64,000 bases of DNA from the human T2T-CHM13v2.0 reference genome, Homo sapiens. The stretch lies in NCBI RefSeq assembly GCF_009914755.1, contig NC_060931.1. One strand, written 5' to 3'. A program made the position numbers and the translations under genes. Shown piece by piece: positions 12,721-26,450 of this stretch. Every line of letters begins with the position of its first letter. The stretch's first letter is position 1. The notes under the pieces were generated by a model. The model was not told the DNA's origin, did no database searches, and saw nothing but the letters and a program-made list of their open reading frames with translations.

Positions 12721-13809
12721 AGAACCAGGACCCAGAGTTAGTTCTGGATTCTAGTCTGTGTGTTGGTAGCAAAAGAGGGGAGAGATGGGGCTGGAATTGA
12801 TGGTTGAGGGCACATTGTGGAGCCTCTGTGTATTGGTGAAGCAAGGACGTTTGACTTCATTGTGTAGGATAAGGAGAATGTAAGTGTCTGGTGGGCCATC
12901 CCTGTCTTCCCCTGCAGGATCTAGAATAATGCCCTGCACATGGCAAGAGCCATTGTCACCTCTTCATCTTCCTTCTTTTGTCATTGTGGGTCTCAGGCCT
13001 GGCTCTCCTCACAGTCCTTTAGGCAACATAGCTGTCTAGGGAAGAGAGTAGGGAGTGTGACTGCAGACAGGAAGAGGATGCAGGGAGTAGGCAAAAAAGG
13101 GTAGAAAAAAGAAGTATTCATCAAGAATAGAGCTTCCCGGGACTCCGGTTAGAATATGACAGCAAAAAGAAACCTCTTATTTGCTGTTGGGCACTAATAT
13201 CTTCCTATTTATATCTGCAAGGGAAAAGAGGACTGGAAATAGAATTAAATAATGAAAAATTAATAGATTTCGTGTATGCTTAGGGCTTTAGACTGTCACT
13301 GTTTATTAGGGTCCCAAAGGTCAGGGAAGGGAAATTGAACAATTAAAAATAACCTGATTAACAAAAAAATAGTGACAATTCAGTTACTCTTTTCTAGCAT
13401 TTTAATTGTTGCCATTACTTTGCCTTTCCCTTCCAAGCCTCTTGGTGAGCAAGGACGTGCACAGGGAGGGCTGGACAGGGCTGTTGTGAGATGTGATGTG
13501 TGATGAGATGCCTGTTCAGATGCTGTGGGTGAGATCTGTAATCGTCCTCCTGTGCAGGTCACTTCTCGTCTCTTGCTCTGTCCTGTGCTAATGAATAAGT
13601 TGTTTTTGTGTTACATAAAATTACCTTCTAATCATCTCTACATTCTTTTCTATTTCACAGCAGCACTGAATAAACTGAAATTCCTTTGGCAATCCAGTCT
13701 CTCATTTTGATTTCTTGCCATCCTTCCTTGTACCATGATTTGTCACCTTCTTTCTTTTGTGTCACTGTGCCCTGCTTTTCAACTCTTGTGGTTCATGTGA
13801 TGTAGTATT

Positions 13810-14040
13810 ATTTGCTGTTTACCGAATACCTTCTGTGTGCCAGGTGCTTTATCTATGGAAACTTTAGTCCCCAGAATATCTCCATAACAACAGTGTTTTC
13901 TCTTTTGCAGATGTGGAAAATTGAGGCTCAGAAAAAATGAACTTGTTGAAATCTATCCAGGTGGTAAGTGACTGAGCTGGGACATAAATCCAGATCTGTC
14001 TGACTCTAAGCCCACATTTGTTTCCAAAATGCATGGTCTT
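13810..14040 (-). mobile_element. MIRb SINE
   Basis: 'tgtgccaggtgcttt...ttttgcagatgtggaaaattgaggctcaga...cagatctgtctgactctaagccc'. Confidence 0.75.
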
Positions 14041-14162
14041 TCCCTGTAGTTTGGGGACAGAGGAGGTGGGTTAGGGAGATGATGGTTATGTGTTCACAGT
14101 ATTGAGACTAGCCCCTGAGAGCTAGCTTTTATTAATATTTTCCCATCTACCTAGAAACCATT

Positions 14163-14224
14163 AAAAACAACAACAACAACAAAAAACAAAAAAAAAAAAA
14201 AACAAAAAAAAAAAAAAACAAAAC
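14163..14224. repeat. A-rich / (CAA)n simple repeat
   Basis: Directly visible aaaaacaacaacaacaacaaaaaac... tract. Confidence 0.9.
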
Positions 14225-14959
14225 CACCCTGAGTTACAGGACAGCTCAGGGTGAATCACATTGCTCATGGAGGTGTTCTCGCCACCCTGAGAGAAATTTG
14301 ACTTTTCCCTTTGCCCCCAAAGCAAAACTAACATTTCACTTGCCAGCAGCACAGTCTAGCCCTCATCATAATTGGGGTAGGGATAGGGGGCTTTCCATCT
14401 TCTTACTGGGGAGTCTTATCTTTCCATAGGTGTTTGGTTGGAGGTTGTGGCTAGGAAACTTGAAGTCAGAAAAACATTAAATTAATGAAAATGAAATGAA
14501 GTTTTTGTGACAAAGCCTGTTTTCTTATTGTTCCCTTCTGTCAACAACTTTTGCTATACCTGAGTGCTTCCTTTAGTAATTTATTTCTATTTGAAGAAAT
14601 ATCTAAAAGACATAATTAGCATTTATTGTACAAAATGGTATGTTCACTTAATTCTCATGGTAGCACTGCGAGGGAGGCCTGTTTTTAATAGTGTTAATAT
14701 GAGGCCCTGAGGGGTAAAATAACTTGACCAACCTCACCTACCTATAGACTTCCCGGATGCCAGCTCCGGCCTGGATAACTCCAATTGCTTTCCGCCATGG
14801 CATGAGGTCTGATGGGAGCCAATGAAGGAGCCTACCTAAGTGCAGACCAAAGATGGCAAGTGATGCCAGTTAGAAAACTTCAGGAATTCAGTGTGGAGAA
14901 CCTGCTAGATACTGGAGCTGTTATCAGAGGAAGGGGGTGAAGCAGGGTTGGGCTGACAG

Positions 14960-15200
14960 AAGCAGCAACAACACTACCAGGGAACATCTGCTAAGTGCGT
15001 GTGTAGTCCCCAGCTGTTGGTACATTCATTGTTGTATATCATCCTGCTGCCCATCTTGTGAGTAGAAAGTCTTGTCTCATCTTACAGGTAAAGCAGCTGA
15101 GGTTCAGAGAGGCTGATATTTGCCCCAGGGCAAAGAGCTAGGGTGTGACAGAGCCAGGCTAGTGTGAGTCTAAAATTCATGCTTTTGACCAGTATGTATG
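14960..15200 (-). mobile_element. MIR SINE
   Basis: 'cttacaggtaaagcagctgaggttcagagagg...ttgccccaggg...gagtctaaaattcatgcttttgacca'. Confidence 0.65.
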
Positions 15201-15352
15201 CTACCTGGACAGAATGTTTTTACTTTTCATGCATCAGCTAACCCGCACTCCCAGACTGCAGTGGAAAGGAGCACTGAGGCATTTTCTATTTAATTTCCCA
15301 ATCTTTGAGCAGAAAAAGGACAAAATTGAGGGGTTGTATTCTCACAATAAAG

Positions 15353-15847
15353 TAGGGATTCTTAACCTGGGGTCCATGGATGCCAAGAAGGGGATAGAAT
15401 CCAAGAAAATCTGTGAACTCGTATGGGAAAAAAATCCTCTTTATTTTTCCTAACTGAATTGTACCATTTCCTTCAATTATGAGTAGAGTAATATTAGTAG
15501 CACTTAAGATTTTGTCACCCATAAGAGTTAGAAATGTTTTCATATCATATTATATAATAGTTTGACAGATATCTCAAGATATTATGTATCCTCACCACTA
15601 CTGCAAAATTAGGGAAGCTGTTAGACTCATTGCAGGGTCCTGTTATTTAATGCATTAATAAAAAGTAATATTACTATACCACAATTTTTAAGAAAAATTA
15701 CCAACTATAATTACATATAATTAATCAGTTTTCTTTGTAATCCTGTGAATTTTATTTTATGCATTAAAAAACATTATTTTGAGAAGGAGTCCATAGATAA
15801 CACAAACTGTCAAAGGGGTTCGGTGACCACGAATGATCAAAACCCTG
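15353..15847 (+). mobile_element. Charlie4a-like hAT DNA transposon
   Basis: Starts 'agggattcttaacctggggtccatgga', ends 'aaaaccctg'; ~500 bp with AT-rich interior. Confidence 0.75.
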
Positions 15848-15959
15848 CACAAAAGCAGCCAGGGACGGCCTAATATGATTCACACTCCCCAGGGTAGCAC
15901 TAAATTGGAGTGTGTCTGTGCCCTCTAGGAAGGCAGATGCAAGGGAGGAAAGGGATGGT

Positions 15960-16200
15960 ATCTAATGGATTCATTTATCCATTCATTCAAAAATAATTAT
16001 TAAGGGCCACTGTATGCCAGGCACTGTGCTAGACCCTGGGGTCTCTGCCTCAGGGGGGTTATGTTCTAATGGAGAGTGACAGCTCTTAAACAGCAGATAT
16101 GCAATAAATAATGCAGTTTGGATACCTAAGCAATGAGGAGATGCCTCTTGAGAAAGGAGTGGAAATTTTAGGCAGAAGAAACAGCAAGTACACAGAGAGC
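15960..16200 (-). mobile_element. L2 3' end fragment
   Basis: 'cattcattcaaaaataattattaagggccactgtatgccaggcactgtgctag'. Confidence 0.7.
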
Positions 16201-17260
16201 TTTCCTAAGATGTGAAAGAGAGAGAGGTTCTTGGAAGTTTTAAGGTGCTAGACCTGTGCTGTCCAATATGTAATCACTAGCTACATGTGCCTACTGAACA
16301 CCTGAAGTGTGGCTGGCCCAATGAGATGATCTCATTAATAACTAAAAAATTGATTATATGTTGACAATAATTTGGATATATTAGATTAAATTAAATGCAT
16401 TATTAAAATTAATTTTGTTTATCTACTTTATAAGAAATTGTATTATTGACAAAAAATAATTGTACATATTCATGGGATACATTTTGATATTTTGATACAT
16501 GTAATGTATGGAGATCAGATTAGGGTAATTAACATATCCATCATCTCACACATTTATCATTTCTTTGTATTGGGAGCATTCAGTATCTTCCTTTTAGCTA
16601 TTTATATATTATTGTTAACTAGAGTCAAGCTACAGTGGTATAGAACACTGGAACTTACCCTCCTATCTATCTGGATTAAAGATGTGTTAAAGTTAACACA
16701 TCTCTTCTTGTCCCTTCCTTCCTGCTACCCTTCCCAGCTTCTAGTATCCTCTGTTCTAGTTTTTACTTCTATGAGATCAACTTTTATCACCTTCCACATG
16801 TGAGTGAGAACATGAAGTGTTTAACTTTCTGTTCCTGGCTTATTTCACTGAACATCATGTCCTCCAGTTCCATCCATGTTGCCATGAATGACAGGATTTC
16901 ATTCTTTTTTTTCTGGCTGACTAGTATTCCATTGTATATATATACCACATTTTCTTTATCCTTCATCTGTTGCTGGACACCTAGTTTGATTCTGTATCTT
17001 GGCTATTGTGAATAGCATTGTAATAAACATGATGGTGCCCAAGTCTCTTTGATATAATCATTTCCTTTCTTTTAGATAAATTCTCAGTAGTTGGATTGCA
17101 GGATCATATGGTAGTTCTGTTTTTAGTATTTTGTTTTTAAAGAACCTCCATGCTATTCTCCATAGTGGTTGTACTTTTCCCACCAACAGCATGTAAGAGT
17201 TCCTTTTCTTCATATTCTCACCTGCATTTGTTATTTTTTCTTTTTAATAATAGTCATCCT

Positions 17261-17550
17261 GGCAGGCTGTGGTGGCTGACGCCTGTAATCCCAGCACTTT
17301 GGGAGGCCGAGGTGGGATTACCTGGGTCAGGAGTTTGAGACCATCCTGGCCAACATGGTGAATCCCCATCTCTACTAAAAATACAAAAATTAGCCGGACG
17401 TGGTGGCGGGTGCCTGTAATCCCAGCTACTTAGGAGGCTGAGGCAGGAGAATCACTTGAACTCAGGAGGCGGAGGTTGCAGTGAGCTGAGATTGTGCCAC
17501 TGCACTCCAGCCTGGGAGACAGAGTGAGACTGTCTGGAAAAAAAAAAAAA
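17261..17550 (+). mobile_element. AluS inserted in the L1MA
   Basis: Dimeric Alu with poly-A; TSD agtcatcct (17252-17260 / 17550-17558). Confidence 0.92.
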
Positions 17551-19716
17551 GTCATCCTAACTGGAGTGAGATGATACCTCATTGTAGTTTTTATTTGCAT
17601 TTCCCTGATGATGTTGAGCATTTTACATACATTCTTTGGCCATTTGTATGTCTTATTTTGAGAAATATCTGTTCAAATTATTTGCCCATTTTAAAATTGG
17701 ATTTTTTTTTTTTTTTGCTGTTGAGATGACTGAGTTCCTTTTATATTCTAGATATTAATCCCATTGCATGTGTGGTTTGCAAATATTTTCTTCCTCTCTG
17801 TAGGTTATCTTTTTACTTTGTTGTTTCTTTTGCTGTGCAGAAGCTTTTCAGTTTGATATAATTCCATTTGTTTATTTTTGCTTTGGTTAACTGTGATTTT
17901 GAATTATTTATAAAATCTTTTCCCAGACTAATGTCCTGAAGTGTTTTTCTTGTGTTTTCTTCTGGTAGCTTCATTGTTTCAGGCATTACATTTAGGTCTT
18001 TGATCCACTTTGAATTTATTTTTGTATAGGGTAAGAAGTGAATAGTCTAGTTTTATTCTTCTGCAAATGGATATCAAGTTTTTCTGGAATCATTTATTGA
18101 AGAGGCTGTTCTTTCTCCAATGAGTGTTCTTGGCACCTTAGTCAAAAATCAGTTGCCTGTAGACATGTGGATTAATTTCTGGGTTCTCTATTCTGTTCCA
18201 TTGGTCTATATGTCTCTTTTTATGCCAGCACCATGCTGTTTGAGTTACTACAGCTCTGTAGTATATTTTGGGGTCTAATAGTGTGATACCTCCAACTTTG
18301 TTCTTTTTGCTCAGGATTGCTTTGGTTATTTGGATCTTTTGTGGGATTTCTTGCAAATTTTAGGATATTTTTCTCTTTCTGTGAAGAATGTCATTGATAT
18401 TTTGATAAGGATTGCATTGAATCTGTAGATTAGATAGTATTGTCATTTTAGCAATATTTATTCTGCTGATTCATAAGCATGGGATGTCTTTCCATTTGTT
18501 TGTATCTTCTTCAATTTCTTTCATCAGTATTTTGTAGTTTTTTTATTGTCTTTAATTTCTTAGCTAGTTTATTGTTTGTGTATAGAAGTGCTACTAATCT
18601 TTGTATATTAATTTTGTATTTTGCAACTTTACTGAATTTGTCTATCAGTTCTAAGAGTTTTTTTGATAGAGTCTTTCAGATTATGTACATATAAGATCAT
18701 GTCATGTGTAAACAGGGACAATTTGAGTTCCTTCTTTCCAATTTGGATGACTTTTTTTTTTCCCCTTTCGTAATTGTTCTGGCTAGGACTTCCAATACTA
18801 TGTCAAATAAAAGCAGTGAGAGTGGGCATCCTTATCTTGTTCCAGTTCTTAGAGTGTAAGCTTTTAGCTTTTCCCTGGACAGTAAGATGTTAGCTGTGGT
18901 TTATCAATATATGGCCTTTATTATGTTGAGGTACTTTCCTTGTCTACCTGATTTATTAAGATGTTTCTAAATCATGAAGGGACACTGGATTTTATCAAAA
19001 GCTTTTTCTGCATCTAGTGAGATAATCATATGGTTTTTGTCCTTCGTTCTATTGATGTTATATATGGCATTTATTGATTTGTATATGTTGAACCATTCTT
19101 GGGATAAATCCGCTTGATCATGGTGTATTATCTTTTTCGCATGTTGGTGGGTTTGGTTTGCTAAACCAAATTTGTATTTTGTTGAGAGTTTTGTGTCTAT
19201 GTTCATCAGGGATATTGGCCTGTAGTTTTCTTTTTTGTTATATCCTTGTCTGGTTTTGGTAATGGGTTATGCTGACCTCGTAGAATGAGTTAAGGAGAAT
19301 TCCTTCTGCTTCAATTTTTTGGAATAGTTTGAGAAGAATTGGTATTAATTCTTCTTTAAAGATTTGGTAGAATTCAGTGGTAAAGCCATCCAGTCCTAGA
19401 CTTTTCTTTGTCAAAGACTTTTTACTGGTTGTTGTTATGTTCAGGTTTTTTCTTTCTTCTTGGTTCAATCTTGGTAGATTGTTGGCATCAAGAAATTTGT
19501 CCATTTCTTCTATCTTTTCAAATTTATTGGCACATAGCTGTTCATAGTAGTCTCTAAAGATCCTTTGTATTTCTGTGGTATCCATTGTGATGTCTTCTTT
19601 TTTATTTCTGATTTTATTTATCTGGGTCTTTCTCTTTTTTCAAAAGTTGATTTAGCTAACGTTTTGTTGATTTTGTTCATCTTTTCAAAAAAAAACCTTG
19701 TTTTTTGTTTTGTTGA

Positions 19717-19898
19717 TTTTTTTTTTTTTTTTTTTGTGCATGCCACATGTGCATGCCACCACACCTGGCTAATTTTTATACTTTTTTGTAGTGACAGGGT
19801 TTCACCATGTTGCCCAGGCTGGTCTCAAACTCAAGCCATATGCCTGCCTTGGCCTCCCAAAGTGCTAGGATTAAAGGCATGAGCCACTGCACCCAGCC
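19717..19898 (-). mobile_element. AluJ-like left arm plus truncated right arm
   Basis: Left monomer and linker present; only ~20 bp of right arm precede the poly-A. Confidence 0.8.
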
Positions 19899-20846
19899 AA
19901 TCTTTTTTTTTAATCTCAATTTTATTTATTTCTGTTCTGATCTTTACTATTTCTTTCATTCTACTAATTTTGAGTTGGGTTTGTTCTTGCTTTCCTTGTT
20001 GCTTGAGGTGCATCATTAGGTTGTTTATTTGAAATCCTTCTAGTTTTCTGATATAGGCATTTATTGCCATAAATTTGCCTCTTAATTCTGTTTTTTTCTG
20101 TGTCCCATAAATTTTGGTAGGTTGTGTTTCCGTTTTCATTTGTTTCAAGAAATTTTAAAATTTTACTCTTAGTGCCTTCCTCCACCCATTGATCGTTTGA
20201 AAGCTGTTTAATTTCCATGCATTTATATAGTTTCAAGTGTTCTTCTTGTTGTTGATGTGAAGGATTTTGTTGTAGTCAGATAAAATACATAATATGATTT
20301 CAATATTTCTAAATTTTTTGAGGCTTGTTTTGTGTCCTATCATATGGTCAATTCTGGAGAATGTCCTATGTGCTTATGAAAAAAGTGAATTCTTCAGCAG
20401 TTGGTTGAAATGTTGTATAAATATCTGTCGGGTCATTTGGACTATGGTGAAGTTTGAATTTAATGTTTCTTTGTTGCTTTTAAGTTGAGATGATCTGTCT
20501 AATGCTGAGAGTAGGGTGTTGAAGTTCTCAACTATTATATTATTGTATTGGAGTCTATCTCTCCCTTTAATCAAATAATATTTGCTTTAGATATCTGGGT
20601 GCTCTGGTGTTGGGTGCATATATATTTACAATTCTATATTCTCTTGCTTAATCGATCTTTTTATTATTATATAATGTCCTTCTTTGTTTTTACAGTTTTT
20701 AATTTGAAGTCTGTTTTGTCTGACATAAGTATAGCTACTCCTGCTCACTTTTGATTTCTACTTGCATGGAATATCTTTTTCACTCCTTCATTATCAGTGC
20801 ATGTGTGTCTTTACAGGAGGCATGAATTTCTCGTAGGCAGCATATA

Positions 20847-20930
20847 TTAGTTTGGTGCAAAAGAAATTGTAGTTTTTTAAATTACTTTTTTAAAAATGAC
20901 AAGACTGTGATTACTTTTGCACCAGCCTAA
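20847..20930. mobile_element. MADE1 (Hsmar1-derived MITE)
   Basis: TIRs ttagtttggtgcaaaag / cttttgcaccagcctaa; ~84 bp; TA duplication on both sides. Confidence 0.9.
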
Positions 20931-22913
20931 TAGCTTTGTCTTGTTTTTTATCTATTCAGTCAGTATATCTCTTCTAAATGATGAATTTAATTCATTTGCA
21001 CTTAAATTTTTTATTGAAATGTGAGGACTTAACACCTGTTATTTTTAATGATTGTTTTCTGATTGTTTTGTGTATCTTTCTTTCTTACTTCCTCTCTCAT
21101 TGTTTCTTTTTTTGTCTGCCTGTGATTTTCTGTAATGTTAAGGTTTGATTTCTTTCTTTTTCTCCTTTGTGTATTGGCTCTACCAATGAGTTTTATAGTT
21201 TTCCATGTTTTCATGATGCTAGTTACCCTCTTTTCACTTCTATGTGTAAGACTCCCATTTCTTCTAAGGCCAGTCTAATGGTGATGAATTCCCTTAGTAT
21301 TTATTTATTTTTTTGTGAAAGATTTTATTTCTTCTTCATTTCTGAAGGATAGCTTTCCTGGGTACAATATTCTTGGGTGACAATTTTTTTTTCTTTTAGT
21401 ACTTTAAATATATCATCCCATTCTATCCTGGCCTGTAAGATTTTTGCTGAGAAATCTCCTGCCAGTCTAGTGGGGATCCCTTATATGTGACTTAATACTT
21501 TTTTCTTCTGCTTTTAAAAATCTTTGTCTTTTGACAATTTGACTATAATGTGCCTTGGAGGGGACCTGCTTAAGTTGAATCTATTTTGAGTTTTCCTCAC
21601 TTTTTCATGTCTATTCTCTTTGTGGAATGTTATAATACAAATATTTGTTTGTTTAATGGTGTGTCATATATCCTGTAGGCTTTCTTCATTCTTTTTTCTT
21701 TTTTTTGGTCTGACTGTGTTATTTCAAAACCCTTGTCTTCAAGTTCAGACATTCTTCTGCTTGGTGTATTCTGTTCTATACTAGATTGTGTTTTTTCATT
21801 TCTTGAAGCTCTTGATTGTGTTTTTAAATTTCATTCCTTGAATTCGTCAGCTCTAGAATTTCTGCTTTTTAAAAATGATATCTATCTCTTTGTTGAATTT
21901 CTGATTCAGATAATAATTTCCTCCCAATATCATTGAATTGTCTTTCTGTTTTCTCTTGTAAGAAAGTTCCCTTAAGATTATTATTTGGAATTATTTTTAT
22001 TATTCTTATTACTGAGTTCCCTTAAGATTATTATTTGGAATTATTTTTCTGGCGTTTTATATATTTCCTTATGATTGGGGTCTGTTACTTGAGAATAATT
22101 TTTTCCTTTGGAAGTGACATGTTTCTTTGCTTTTTCATGATTGTGTTCCTACATGGATTTTTATGTAGCTGGATATTTGCTTCTTCCAAATTTCTGGAGT
22201 AGGTTTTGTGGGGAAGTCCTTATTCGTTGGAATGGGTGTTGGCCTGTCATTTCACTGGGTTGTGTTGGCCTTGCTTCTAGATGGATGCAGTGTTGTAGTC
22301 TCCGTATAGTTTCCTCAGCTGTAATCCATACTAGTGGCATTTGTGAGTTTCTCAGAGGCCTAGGCTGACAGAGTTTGTGGTGACAGTGTTGCAGCTTTGC
22401 CAGGAGAGGGCTCACTGAGCTATTTCTCAGGTTGAGGGCATATGCAGCTTGGTTCACGGTCAGGGGTGGATAGGGAGTACACACCCTGTGCTCCTAATCC
22501 AGGACCATGCAGCCATGTGAATTCCTGAAAGTTCTCCAAACTGGACTCAGGGCTTGTGAGGACTGTGGGATTCTCCTGTAGTAAGGACTATAGGTGTTTG
22601 CAGTGACAATGAGAGCTGGTAGGGATCTTCTGCTTACCTTTTCCCCACAAATGTCCCTCCTATCTCCAGGCTGATCTGATCTGAGTGGAGGAGATGGGGC
22701 TACAGAGGCTGCGTGCCTCCATGTTGCTCTCCTGGACTTCCAATCACTACAAGTGTGCCTCTACTCTACTGCTGCACTCCAGCACTCTCCCTTAGACATG
22801 CCAGTCAAATCTTAGCTGTGTTTTCATTGCCTTGGTCCTTTCTTGTGGGAGGGAGTAGAGATGCCAGGCATCTTGCTGATGTCACTCTACTTTTATTTTT
22901 TAAAATGTGGCTA

Positions 22914-23255
<342 letters not shown>

Positions 23256-24149
23256 CTACCAAAAATTTAAAATTACATTGGTACCTAGTGGTGTATTTCT
23301 ATTGGACAACACTGTGCTTGAGAGTAGGAAAAGAAAGGGTATTTTTGTAGTGATTGCTGTGGGTTGTACATTTGGACGTCTTTAAATGTTTTTCAAAGAT
23401 GTTCATAGAGATTGGAATTTCTATTCCTTTACTGAAATGTATTAGGTACTGGGGATATGTTGGTGAACAAGACAGAACCCTTGCAGACTGAACAGACTAG
23501 GGGACTTGCTTTTCTATAGAGGTGTGTGTTGGGATAAATAGATGAGAAACAGAAGTTAAATGATGTAATTAGGGATTGTGTTATACGATGGAATAAAGGA
23601 GGATAAGTTGAGGAGTCTGCTTTAAATGTGGTTATCAGAGGACACTACTCTCAGGGGATATCATTACATTTTTAGGAGGAGCCTGCTGTGGGAAGAACAT
23701 AAAAGCCTCTACACACAGTCACAGTCCTGCCTTACCTCTTCTAAGTTTAGGATTAAAAGTAGGCTTCACATTGCAATAGAAGGCTTTTCTAATTAGTTTT
23801 ATTTTCTTCTCCTTCAAAAAAAGAGTGTGACAATTTCTCAAGTTTGTCAGGTAGGGAGGCAGAGACTGCAAGGATGAGTGCATTGATGATCCCCTGAAGA
23901 CAGTGTTCCAGATAGTTGTTTGGGGAATTCCCTCAGCAGTTGGTCCACAGTGCCATTCAGCTCCCTTGGCATTTACTGAACTGCTTTTCTAAATGGGATG
24001 CTTAAAAATGTACCATTCCTCCAGGATGGGTTTTAAGAGTCTTGCTTGTAAATAATGTTTCTTTTTTTCACGCAACTTAAGAAAGGTTGGAAGTCTACTC
24101 TGAAATTGTGCTGTTATGCCTCAGTCTTAAATACCATCCTGTGCTTCAG

Positions 24150-25330
24150 TTTTTAAATCATAATAATTATAATAAAAATAATGGGATAGTGTTAATAAAG
24201 CATATAGTATGTGCTAGAATATTTTACATACATCATCTCATTTAATCCTCACAGCATGAAGAAGCTGTGTAGTTTGGTGGCGAGTCATTCTCAGATTGCT
24301 TGGGGTCGAGTCTTAGTTCTGTTAAGCAACTTGACTGCTAGCAAACTTAGGCAAATTACTGAACTTCCTTCCCTCGTTCACTCATCTGTAAAGTGGGGAT
24401 AATAATAGATTAATAATAATAATACTCAGTGTATCCTGTGGGGTTAGGGAAAAATGAAATAATTAATATATGCAATGTGTTTAGAGCAGTGCCTCGTCTG
24501 TATTAAGCCCTATGGTATGGCTAGCCATTATTGAAATAAAGTAACACCACCATTAGCCCCATTGAACACATTAGAAAACTAAAGTTCAAATTAAGTCTCC
24601 TGTCCAAGGTCACATACCGAGGAAGTGACTTCTCCTACTGCTACATTGAGATACGTGACTGTTGTCTGATGGCCTGCAATACTTCTAGGTGTGGGGAGGT
24701 TTGAAAAATAAGCAATACCGACTTGTTTTTGGCCCTGGGCTCCCTAGGACCATATGCTGTAGTGGGCTGGAAAAATTGGATTTTTGGCAATTTCATTCTG
24801 TAACTGTAAAGTAGACCTTTTCCTGCTAGTAGCATCTTTCCTGACTGTATTTCTTAATAGGAGATGACAGTATGGACAGGACACTTGGAGGCTTAGCAGA
24901 ATGACTAGTTGTTTTGCTTCGGAGCTTGTTTCTTAAACCTCAGGGAAAGAAAAAATCCATCTGCTAGGTTAACTTTCTGGAAGCTTGTTGCCTAGAGATT
25001 AGGAGGAGAGCTATGGAGTCAGACAGGTCTGGGTTTGCATCATGGCATTTGCACTCCCTTGTCAAGTGTCTTGGGTTAGTCATTCATAATTTTGAAACTT
25101 AGTTTCTTCATGTATAAAATGGGGATGATGATAATGCCTACCTCATAGAGTTGTTTTGAGGATTGAGTGAGATAACAGATAACAACCCAACAAAAAGATA
25201 AGATAGATAATATGAACTCAGGGCTATATCAACAACTATTTACAATGATTATCCCCACAGTAATAAATAAGGTAATATGTAGGGCTTGTTATGTAGTATT
25301 GGTTTAATAAATGTAAGCTGCCATAATTCA
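24150..25330. mobile_element. Cluster of MIR fragments on both strands, interspersed with unique sequence
   Basis: 'ctcatctgtaaagtggggataataat', 'ggagtcagacaggtctgggttt...taaaatggggatgatgataatgcctacctcatagagttgtt'. Confidence 0.7.
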
Positions 25331-25729
25331 ATTCTCCAATGACTCTTGAGTCTTTGGTTTAGATGAGCATGTTCTACTGTTAGAGAACCAAGGTTAGATC
25401 ATTGTCTAGTTGGCATTAGGCACATGGAATTACCTGTCACTGCCCTTAAGTCTCTTTGCTTCTGGGAGAGCTTATGGCATCTCCCACCTTGAACTAAAGG
25501 TCAATTTGCTGACTGTTGGAATAATATTGGCTCTTACGCACTTCTAGAATCTATTAATCTTGCCATTTAGTAAACAACAGAGCCTAGACCTTTATTCTGA
25601 GATCTAGGCCTGTCTATCCAACTATCTATTTGGCTTCTCTGTATGGATGCCTTACAAATCTGGCCAAAATCTGGCCAAAATAGAGTTCACCGTATGTTCC
25701 TTCAAGTCTGTTTTCTTCTCCCAGTATCT

Positions 25730-26450
25730 GATCTCAGTAAATATCAACATCTACTGTGTTACACAAAGAAGAAAGGTCAAGTCTTCCTTGGCCCCTCTGT
25801 TCTCTTTACCTGCTATAGCCTGTCAATCTCACCAAGTCTTGTTCATTCTTCTTTACATATATCTTTCTTGAATCTCCCTGCTTCTCTGCATCCCATTGCT
25901 GTGACCCTGGTCTTACTCCTGGATTATCACCTTAACCACCCAACTGGTCTGCTGATCTCAGTGTCACCCTCTTCCCATCCATTCTCTCTCTCTTCTGCAG
26001 GCAGATGATCTTTTAATGACATTCCCCTGTTTAATCCCTGCAGAGGCTTCCAATTGCCTATAGGGTAATACCCTATATTTTTGCCATAAGCAACAAGACC
26101 TTATATAATCCAGCCCTGCCTAGCCCTCTTGCTCTACCTGCTGCCCTCTGGATCTAACATAGACTCTCTCCCACCCTGGGGCTTCACACACACTGCCCCT
26201 TCTGCTGGGAATGGACTCTTCCAACTCCTTTTCCCTGACCCCCCTCTTTCCCAGCTACTTCAGGTCTTGGCACGAATATTTAAAATATCTCTTTCAAAGG
26301 CGAGTATTGTTCAACTGTAACTACATACCCCCCCGCCAAGTTAAGCCCATGTGTTATATACTTATAAGTCTTGTGTAAATACTCACCACATTTGTGATTA
26401 TTTGCTTACTATCTGTGTTCTTTGCTAGAATATAAGGTCTGTGAAGGTTT
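25730..26450 (+). mobile_element. L2 LINE fragment
   Basis: 'tcccctgtttaatccctgcagaggcttccaattgcc...ctgccccttctgctgggaatg...ctagaatataaggtctgtgaagg'. Confidence 0.65.

Larger units (their letters stand above)
16431..22885 (-). mobile_element. Near full-length degenerate L1MA-family LINE-1 with internal deletions
   Basis: L1MA-type 3' UTR at ~16440; ORF2-like fragments on minus (18138-18356, 18967-19585, 19831-20574); 5' start revcomp gtgacatcagcaagatg at 22869-22885; probable TSD tctacttt (16422-16429 / 22886-22893). Confidence 0.9.

Noticed and set aside
15884-15903. CTCF-like motif ctccccagggtagcact
   Set aside because: Several core mismatches; not supportable without a PWM scan or ChIP data.
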